Below are positions 47,644-54,249 of a stretch of 54,249 bases of DNA, piece by piece. The position numbers were made by a program, and so were the translations under genes. The number at the start of each line of letters is the position of its first letter. Position 1 is the first letter of the stretch. Under the pieces are notes generated by a model. That model was not told the DNA's origin and made no database searches. It worked only from the letters and a program-made list of their open reading frames with translations. Source of the DNA: a virus (lineage: Duplodnaviria; Caudoviricetes); IMG/VR virus record IMGVR_UViG_3300049846_001989, positions 1 through 54,249 of that record. The stretch is one strand, 5' to 3'.

Positions 47644-48621
47644 TCAGAGTTCATCACCGCGCATCTTGGCCAGATCGGCTTCCGGGATCTTGGCAAACTG
47701 CTCCAGCGTCATCCGCTTGATCGTCGGCGCTGCCGGCGGGGCTGCAGTCTTGCCACGAAGGTCCGTAGGCTGGGGCTGGGCTGCGGCGGCTGCGGCTGCC
47801 TTGCGGCGGGCCTGCTCCTCGCGGCTGGCGGGTGCGTTGGCCGCTTGTTTGGCCGGTTCCTGCGGCGCACCAGCGACATATTTAACTGCCCGCTGCAGCG
47901 CCTGCACCTGCTCCATGCCCGAGAGCATGAGCGAGCGCATCAGGCCTGCAACCTCGTCAGCCATGACCTGGTCATACTCATCCGCCCGGTCCGGGTTCAG
48001 CGCCGGGTACTGCTGCTCGATACTGGCCAGCGTGGACTCATACTTCAGGGTGCCGAGCGTGCGGGCGCGTGCGGTCTCTGCCAACTGGTTGGCCCGCTCC
48101 GTCTGGATATACTCCTGGAGCTGGTTAATCTGCTTGCGGACTTCACGAGCCTGCTCGCGCTCACCGTCTACCAGCAGCTCCTCGTATTTGTCCTGCAGGG
48201 TATCCAGCTGCTGGGCAGCTGCGGCCACCACATCGGGCTTGGCCGGGGCGGCCTGCTGGCGCTGGGCGGCCTCGAAGGCGGCCAGGCGGGCTTCGGCCGC
48301 CTCTGCACGGGCGCGTTCGCGGCCTACAGCCTCGTCGAAGCGGGTTTTAGGGATACGGATGCGGGCTTCGCGCGCTATCCGGGCCTCCTCCGCCTCGCGC
48401 TCAATGCGCTCTTCGTCCGTTTCCTCGCCTTCAGCATCAAGATCCGGACTCGCGCCCGCGTCATCGTCTGTTTCGACCGGTTTGGCGTCATCGTCGACCT
48501 CCAGATCGGTGTCTGTGGGGGTAAAGTCGTTACCAAACGGGTCGTCAACTACCGGAACGGCCGAACCGCCCAGGTCTGTGCCGTCGCCGGCGGGAGAAAG
48601 CAAGAAATGGCGGGTTTTCAT
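47644..48621 (-). CDS. Capsid scaffolding protein
   Basis: Acidic N-terminus, IPKTRFDE motif, coiled coil, C-terminal LAKMRGD; lies between portal and MCP. Confidence 0.8.
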   Translation of the reverse strand: MKTRHFLLSPAGDGTDLGGSAVPVVDDPFGNDFTPTDTDLEVDDDAKPVETDDDAGASPDLDAEGEETDEERIEREAEEARIAREARIRIPKTRFDEAVGRERARAEAAEARLAAFEAAQRQQAAPAKPDVVAAAAQQLDTLQDKYEELLVDGEREQAREVRKQINQLQEYIQTERANQLAETARARTLGTLKYESTLASIEQQYPALNPDRADEYDQVMADEVAGLMRSLMLSGMEQVQALQRAVKYVAGAPQEPAKQAANAPASREEQARRKAAAAAAAQPQPTDLRGKTAAPPAAPTIKRMTLEQFAKIPEADLAKMRGDEL

Positions 48622-50786
48622 GTTTTATTTTCCTCTGGTGGGGGAGAAAGTGCCTGTCTCACAGCGTCCAGGCGGGCTGTTTTTACTTCATTTTCACGGT
48701 CCAGCTGGGCTTGGCGCGCCTCGGCGGCGTGTTTGTCCCGCTCCAACTGGATTTTTGCGTCAAGTTCGCGCTGTTTCTGCGCCAAAGTGACGTCGATCTC
48801 ATATTTCTTCATCGCCAGCTCTTTTTCTGCCTGCTGGATCTCCGCCTGCAGCTTCTGTGCCTCCAGCGACAGCTCCTGCGGGAGAGAAGCGTCCGTGCCA
48901 GCCGGTTGACCGGCCTCCTGAGCCTGGGCGAGTGCCTTCTGGGCCTGGGCCTGTTTCAACCCGACATCTGCTTCGAGACCGGCAACTTCCGCCTCAGCCT
49001 TCCGGGCAGCCAGTTCTTTCTGCTTCTGGGCTTCAGGAGAGTTCTGGTCACCTTCCATGGCCTGAACAATCTCGGCCTTGTCTTTCAGGCGCGACGATTG
49101 TATCAGATATTTGTCCGGCAGCTGTACACCGGCTTCAGTGCGCAGGCGCAGGGCCTGGTCAAACTGTGTTTCCTCGAACGTGTCACGATCCGGCTGGTTC
49201 GTAATCACGACGGCGTATTCGCCCAGCGTCAGGTCGTTGAGGATCTGGCCTTCCGGCGTTGGCTGGTTCACCTGCACGGTGTCCGTGCGGTTCGTCATCT
49301 TGTCGGTGGTGATGCGCACCAGGCGAGGCTCTGTGTAGTACTCCTGCACGATGTCCAGGATGTTCCTGGCCAGCAGGTAGTCTGTGCGGTTCAGGTTGTC
49401 CTGGACCTTGGCCAGGTTCGACGAACCACCAGCCTGGTTGGCCTTGACCGACTTGGCCGACACGTCTTCGCGTGCAAACCCGGTCATGTAATCGCTCACA
49501 CCCGAAATGCTCTTGACGTGCTCTTCCGCCTTGTAGCTGATGCGGTCGAGCCCCGTAGGCGTCGGGTTCGGCGTGATCTTCTCGAGGTTGTTCAGGTCGT
49601 CGAGCTCGATCACGATGCCGCTCTGGGCGCCGCGCTGCTCGAGCTCGCCAGCAGACATGTTCTGCAGGGCGTTGCGCTTGACCTTGTAGCCGCTGTTGGC
49701 CGTGGTGTTCACCACGTGCAGCTCCTGGCTCGACACCTTGTTCAGCAATTCCTGCGGGCCCAGCAGGTTCTCGACGATGCCCACAGTCTTGCCACGGCGG
49801 AAGTGCGGGAAATAAGGCACGATCGTGAAGTGTTTGTAGGGGGACCAGTCGTCGTGCAGGACCTCGTCGCCGGCCACCACGGTCCAGCGGATGCGCTTGA
49901 CCAGCTTCGTGGTGATGGCCTGGTCAGGGTTGCCCGCCAGGTACTGGTCTACCCGTGCGCGGTCCCAGCTATCCGGTACCGGGCGCATGTCGCCCGTCTG
50001 CACATCGACGAAGTGCATGAGTTTGTCCAGCCGCTTCCACTGGTAATCCAGTACGCGGATGCGGCGGTTGTGCCGGGCGGCTACCTCGGAGCTGTCCGCC
50101 TGGCCATAAGGCACAGACAGGCCGAAGCGGTCGCGGTTCATGTACAGGTCGTCTGACGCCCCGTCCACAATCGTATCCGACGCAGACTCCAGTTTATCGG
50201 CTACGGCCTTGCCGTACATCATCTCGATGTCGTCAAGTGACTGCCATTCGGTATAAATAACATCGGCCCAACCGTCGGGGTCGTAGGAATCCGCGTCGTT
50301 GTCGATCAGTACGTTCTTGCAATTCCGCTGGGTGACCCGCACCTCGCCGCGCAGGTTATCGGTGAAGTCCAGGCGGACGTCGTAGAAACCCCGGCTCGTG
50401 ATGATCCCATCTGCGAACACGTCGCTGCGGACCCACGTCAGCTGGTTGTTGTCCCCGATCTGCATGTAGACCTTGGTCAGGGCGTCGGCGACTTCAGCGG
50501 TGGCCCCCTCGTTACGAGGCTTGAATGCGGTGTCTGTGCGGTTGAAGATCTGGGCGCCCATCACGTTGCTGATGGTACTGATGATCTTGTTGATCGTCAG
50601 GGCGGGGCGCTTGACTGACTTAAGGTACGCGAGGTCCTCCTTCTCCCACTGCTGGCCGGCGAAGAAATTCTCACACTTCTCGGCCTTCAGCACATAGTCC
50701 ATGTGCCCGTTGTCACGTAGGAACGTGTACCTGGCCCAGATCTGGCGCGCCAGGTCAGTTCCGGTTATTGTGCGCTTCTGGGCCAT
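48618..50786 (-). CDS. Portal protein (P22-like)
   Basis: FFAGQQW, RPALTINKI, SPYKHFTIVPY, PQELLNK motifs; follows TerL. Confidence 0.9.
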   Translation of the reverse strand: MAQKRTITGTDLARQIWARYTFLRDNGHMDYVLKAEKCENFFAGQQWEKEDLAYLKSVKRPALTINKIISTISNVMGAQIFNRTDTAFKPRNEGATAEVADALTKVYMQIGDNNQLTWVRSDVFADGIITSRGFYDVRLDFTDNLRGEVRVTQRNCKNVLIDNDADSYDPDGWADVIYTEWQSLDDIEMMYGKAVADKLESASDTIVDGASDDLYMNRDRFGLSVPYGQADSSEVAARHNRRIRVLDYQWKRLDKLMHFVDVQTGDMRPVPDSWDRARVDQYLAGNPDQAITTKLVKRIRWTVVAGDEVLHDDWSPYKHFTIVPYFPHFRRGKTVGIVENLLGPQELLNKVSSQELHVVNTTANSGYKVKRNALQNMSAGELEQRGAQSGIVIELDDLNNLEKITPNPTPTGLDRISYKAEEHVKSISGVSDYMTGFAREDVSAKSVKANQAGGSSNLAKVQDNLNRTDYLLARNILDIVQEYYTEPRLVRITTDKMTNRTDTVQVNQPTPEGQILNDLTLGEYAVVITNQPDRDTFEETQFDQALRLRTEAGVQLPDKYLIQSSRLKDKAEIVQAMEGDQNSPEAQKQKELAARKAEAEVAGLEADVGLKQAQAQKALAQAQEAGQPAGTDASLPQELSLEAQKLQAEIQQAEKELAMKKYEIDVTLAQKQRELDAKIQLERDKHAAEARQAQLDRENEVKTARLDAVRQALSPPPEENKT

Positions 50787-50799
50787 CTGGGTCTCCGGG

Positions 50800-53433
50800 T
50801 CACGAGGTCATGTGGGTCAGGTTGCCACCCGACACCGTGTTGAGTATCTTATCACGCCACGATGGTACCTTGGGCGGGTCCGGAAGTCTAGGAGGCGCCG
50901 CATTTGTTATCAGCCTGATCGCCCAGGCCAGGGCATCCACGATGTCGTCGTGCCCGCCACCAGGGAACTGCAGCATCTCCTGTAGGAGTTCAGTCTTCCA
51001 CGGCGGGTCCATCGGGAACGATACTTTCCCCTGCTGCATCCGGCCCTGCAGGGGCCTGGCCCGGGCCACTTTATCCGTCAGCGGTTTCATCACTTCGATG
51101 GTAGGAAACACCTTCCGCTCATCCATGCGCTTGCGCAATAGCGGCTCAATTGACCGCCAGATCTGGCCGTCTTCGACCCCGACTACGTAGCGTCCACCGG
51201 ATATCCGCATGTAGCGCTCGGCTACCGTCACGATGGAATCCACGATCTCGAAACTGTCGCCCCTGAAGCGTACGAGATCCGCCACGTATGCGTGGTCATA
51301 GTCGTCGTGCGCGATCGTCGCCCCTACCGTGAAGTCGTTCTGCTGCTTCAAGCCAATCGCGAAGTCCCAGGCGGTGTAGTAATTCACGTGCTCGCCGAGA
51401 GGCGGCAAGTGCTCGAACCTGAAGTGCTCCTTCCTGAAGTACAGGCCTTCGTCGGGGACAGGCGCCTGCTGGTAGAGGGCAGACCATATCCGCGGCTGCA
51501 GGTTGGCCCGTATCTTGTGCAGGGCGTTTGTGGAGTAGCGCTCCTCGTGCAGCGCCTGGTCTGGACCGCGCAACAGGGTGTAGTGTTCCGGGGCGTCCTT
51601 GATCGGCTCTGCCGTCCGGATGATCTCATGCCTGGGCGACTCCTCGTCGCGGTACTCATACGTAGCACTGAGGGCCGGGTACAGCACCACCTCGAACTGG
51701 TCAGCCATCGGATCCAGGCGCATGCGCTGCTGCAGCCTGCCGGCGAGGTCGTCGTAGTTCCACCACGTCTCGATGAGCAGTATCCCGCCGCCAGGGGCGA
51801 CACGCGTCGAGGCTGTGGACTGGTACCACTCGTCGATCAGCTGGCGGCGGTCTGCGCTGTCCGCCTCCTCCATATTCTTAATTGGGTCGTCTATAATTAA
51901 GATATGGCAGCCCTTGCCAGTTAATCCGCCCCCCACGCCGGCAGCTACGAATCCGCCGCCCGCGGTCGTGGCCCAGGTCTCTGTGGCCTGTGACTCGGGG
52001 TCCAGCTGGGTGTCCGGAAAAATCGAGTGGTAGTAGGGATCGCGCAGCAAGCCCCGAACCTTGCGCGAGAAAATCATGGGAAGGTCCAGGTTGTACCCCG
52101 CATTGATTATCCCGTGCGTCGGATTGTGCCCCAGGTGCCAGGCGGGTAACCGGATCGAGGCCAGCTCGCTGTTATGCGTCGGGATCAGTGCCTCGCCAAC
52201 CAGGTACAGGCCGTCGGAGGAGACAACCTCGACGCACCGGGCGGAAAATGGCTCGACCCTGCGCACTGCGCGGACGGTCCGGTACTTGGGCCGGCCAGAC
52301 CGCGTCGGTATCTTGCGCTCCAGTGCGAGGCCCCCACCACTGCGGTCATAGGGGACCCAGCCGACCACCCAGTACCCGCCACCTCGGACCGTCGCACCAG
52401 ACCAGCGGATCTTTCTCTCGCGGCGGTCAGCCGGGCGGTACTGGATCGTCACCCGGTAGCCGAGGCTTCGGGCCAGGCGCCGGATATCGTAGGCCAGGCC
52501 GAGGACGTTCGTGCACACCCGGACCCTCCCGTCGCGCCTGCACAGTGACCCGTCTGTATCAACGATGCCGCCGAGCAGCTCGCGCCTGTGCTGTTCAGGC
52601 AGTGAGAAGTAGACTTCTGGTATGTGCTTACAGCCGAGTACGCCGAGTGCCCGCAGCTTGGCACGTATGTGCAAGAGGCACACATACTTGCAGCCCGTAT
52701 TCGCGTGTATTCGCACGGCACCGAATTCCTGGTAGGAAGGAAGACGTGCCAGGATCTTGTCCAGATCCTCGGGTGCGCCGCAAATCACCCCGGAGTCAGT
52801 CATCCCGTCACCGAGCCACACGCCCAGGGTGTAGGGGTCGACCGGGACCTTGGTATGCCGGCCGTGTAACGGGAAAGTCGGGGGGAGCAGCAGCTCGCCC
52901 CGGGTGCTCTTGGCCAGGATGTCGGGGAGCTCGCGGGTTTCGTAGGTGGCCCACTGCGCCCGGCGGCGATCGTAGACAGTCCACTCGTGGTTCTCGTGAC
53001 ACCTGATCTTCTCCCCGTCGGAGAACTCCACCTCACAGTCGCCCATGACCGGGTCGGCCACTTCCTTGATCACTACCGGTCGGCCACTCGGGTGGAAGAC
53101 CATGTCCCCGGGGAGCAGCTCGCCGTGGGTGATCCACCCTCGGGTCTGGGTGAAGACCGGGGTTTCGTCGTAGATGGCTTTTCCGTGGCGGGGAGGGACC
53201 AACAACATCAGCCGGGGGGACTTCTTCTCGGTCACCTCTCTGGAGAAGCGCTCGAGTCGAGCAGCCATGTCGTTGTGTACCCAACCCGCCTCGTACTCAG
53301 GGAGCGTGGACTTGGTAAAGTGGATTAGCCTGCGGCGGGACAGGATCCTCTTGGCCAGCTCTTGTTTTGCCAGGTCCCCCGGTGGGAGGGGTTGTTCCTG
53401 GTTCTCGTTATTGTCCGTTGGTGGTTGAGTCAT
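50800..53433 (-). CDS. terL: Terminase large subunit (intein-containing)
   Basis: Walker A PPRHGK|S split by the intein; Walker B IIDDP; ALYQQAP; nuclease AWDFA and HDDIVDAL motifs. Confidence 0.95.
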   Translation of the reverse strand: MTQPPTDNNENQEQPLPPGDLAKQELAKRILSRRRLIHFTKSTLPEYEAGWVHNDMAARLERFSREVTEKKSPRLMLLVPPRHGKAIYDETPVFTQTRGWITHGELLPGDMVFHPSGRPVVIKEVADPVMGDCEVEFSDGEKIRCHENHEWTVYDRRRAQWATYETRELPDILAKSTRGELLLPPTFPLHGRHTKVPVDPYTLGVWLGDGMTDSGVICGAPEDLDKILARLPSYQEFGAVRIHANTGCKYVCLLHIRAKLRALGVLGCKHIPEVYFSLPEQHRRELLGGIVDTDGSLCRRDGRVRVCTNVLGLAYDIRRLARSLGYRVTIQYRPADRRERKIRWSGATVRGGGYWVVGWVPYDRSGGGLALERKIPTRSGRPKYRTVRAVRRVEPFSARCVEVVSSDGLYLVGEALIPTHNSELASIRLPAWHLGHNPTHGIINAGYNLDLPMIFSRKVRGLLRDPYYHSIFPDTQLDPESQATETWATTAGGGFVAAGVGGGLTGKGCHILIIDDPIKNMEEADSADRRQLIDEWYQSTASTRVAPGGGILLIETWWNYDDLAGRLQQRMRLDPMADQFEVVLYPALSATYEYRDEESPRHEIIRTAEPIKDAPEHYTLLRGPDQALHEERYSTNALHKIRANLQPRIWSALYQQAPVPDEGLYFRKEHFRFEHLPPLGEHVNYYTAWDFAIGLKQQNDFTVGATIAHDDYDHAYVADLVRFRGDSFEIVDSIVTVAERYMRISGGRYVVGVEDGQIWRSIEPLLRKRMDERKVFPTIEVMKPLTDKVARARPLQGRMQQGKVSFPMDPPWKTELLQEMLQFPGGGHDDIVDALAWAIRLITNAAPPRLPDPPKVPSWRDKILNTVSGGNLTHMTS
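52171..53178 (-). mobile_element. 336-aa class 3 intein with LAGLIDADG homing endonuclease
   Basis: Starts with Ala (AIYDETPV) and ends PTHN|S; W in HENHEW, C in ARCVEV, T in PTHN; endonuclease motifs LGVWLGDG and LLGGIVDTDG. Confidence 0.9.
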
Positions 53434-54043
53434 CGTCTACCCTTTCGAAAGATCCATCCACAATTTCACCCCGTTCGTTGATCTGGCCACCCGATACCAG
53501 GCGGAGCAGTTCGTCGTCGGAAAGCTGGTTCAAACGGGCCGACAAAGAGGCTCCAGAAGCCCCAACTTCGACCTTTACCTTGACCGCTTCGTAAAATCCG
53601 CACACGCGCCCTATCTCTCGCCAGCCTGCAATCATGGTCATGGGCTCGGCCAAAGTCTTCGCCATCTCGATTGCTTCGAGCATTCCGTTAACTACATTGT
53701 CACGGCGGATGTTGTGTTCCAGCGCGGTCTGGGCCCGATACTCAGTAACCATCTTCTTGACGTATGGGCGCTCAAAAATGTCTTTTGCATTAACCTCCGC
53801 TCTCAGCCTGTCTTCCGCCGCGCGGTTTGGGTGTGAAGGGTCGACGGGCATGCCGACGGACATCGCAGCGTCTGCATACGTTGCACCGCAAGCGACAGCA
53901 CTGACTATTGAACGGATTCGTTTGGTGGGGTTGCCCTTCATAGCGTTCTTCGCTTTGATCTCCCGGAGGCCAGGAGGCGGGCCCTTACCTTTCTTAGGTT
54001 TCTGGGAAATGAGATCGTCGGAAGGGTCTTTGTGGTCGGTCAT
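53408..54043 (-). CDS. terS: Terminase small subunit
   Basis: Directly upstream of terL; HTH-like ATYADAAMSVG; REIGRVCGFY; LSDDELL tail. Confidence 0.8.
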   Translation of the reverse strand: MTDHKDPSDDLISQKPKKGKGPPPGLREIKAKNAMKGNPTKRIRSIVSAVACGATYADAAMSVGMPVDPSHPNRAAEDRLRAEVNAKDIFERPYVKKMVTEYRAQTALEHNIRRDNVVNGMLEAIEMAKTLAEPMTMIAGWREIGRVCGFYEAVKVKVEVGASGASLSARLNQLSDDELLRLVSGGQINERGEIVDGSFERVDDDSTTNGQ

Positions 54044-54076
54044 ATCGAAGCCGAAGTCGGGGTAGAGGTATGCAAG

Positions 54077-54105
54077 ATAGTACCCAAAACGGTGGAGGGT
54101 GTCAA
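54077..54105 (-). promoter_or_regulatory. Sigma70-type promoter for the packaging/structural operon
   Basis: TTGACA-17 nt-TACTAT. Confidence 0.8.
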
Positions 54106-54124
54106 CACATTAAAAAAAGTCCTT

Positions 54125-54231
54125 TAAAATCAAACACCTTACACTTTGAAGAAATTCCTTACACTTTTTGTAAGGGCCTAACCCTTTGATTTTAATCAGG
54201 AAAACACGATTCCTTACGATCCTTACACTTT
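54125..54231. repeat. AT-rich array of CCTTACACTTT direct repeats plus inverted repeats
   Basis: CCTTACACTTT at 54137, 54157 and 54221; CCTTAC at 54212; inverted TGTAAGG at 54169; TAAAATCAAA (54125) / TTTGATTTTA (54185). Confidence 0.8.
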
Positions 54232-54249
54232 TTTTGGAAACTTTTATTT

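Noticed and set aside
18602-53594. Many long + strand ORFs opposite the structural genes (e.g. 44999-45949, 47606-48790, 48711-50156)
   Set aside because: These are antisense shadows of GC-rich coding genes with no RBS or recognisable motifs.
54125-54231. Repeats as a CRISPR array
   Set aside because: The repeats are only 11 bp with irregular short spacing, and there are no cas genes.
1-54249. Stop-codon reassignment or a lysogeny module
   Set aside because: Core genes are intact in the standard code with dense coding. No integrase or repressor was recognised, although the window is not the whole genome.

Overview
This window is most of a ~55-60% GC tailed dsDNA phage genome, probably a podovirus of a Gram-negative host (it has spanins, large ejection proteins and no tape measure). 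The + strand (1 to ~18.3 kb) holds early and replication genes: primase-SF3 helicase, SNF2-like helicase, family A DNA polymerase, dNTP diphosphohydrolase, resolvase-like nuclease, DEDDh exonuclease and many small ORFs. The - strand (~54.0 to 18.3 kb) holds terminase (with a class 3 intein), portal, scaffold, N4-gp56-type capsid, tail, lysis and ejection genes. The most notable observations are: (1) a candidate phage-encoded ubiquitin-like conjugation kit (JAB-like 3' fragment, E2-like protein with HPH..CLG, beta-grasp Ubl ending GAKGN; no E1 in the window); (2) a membrane-anchored PAS-domain protein inside the lysis cassette; (3) an eight-member family of small paralogs, one fused to a copy of the phage's own capsid N-terminus; (4) a translationally coupled 35-aa DnaB C-terminal fragment. 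All calls come from motif recognition by eye; no searches were run.
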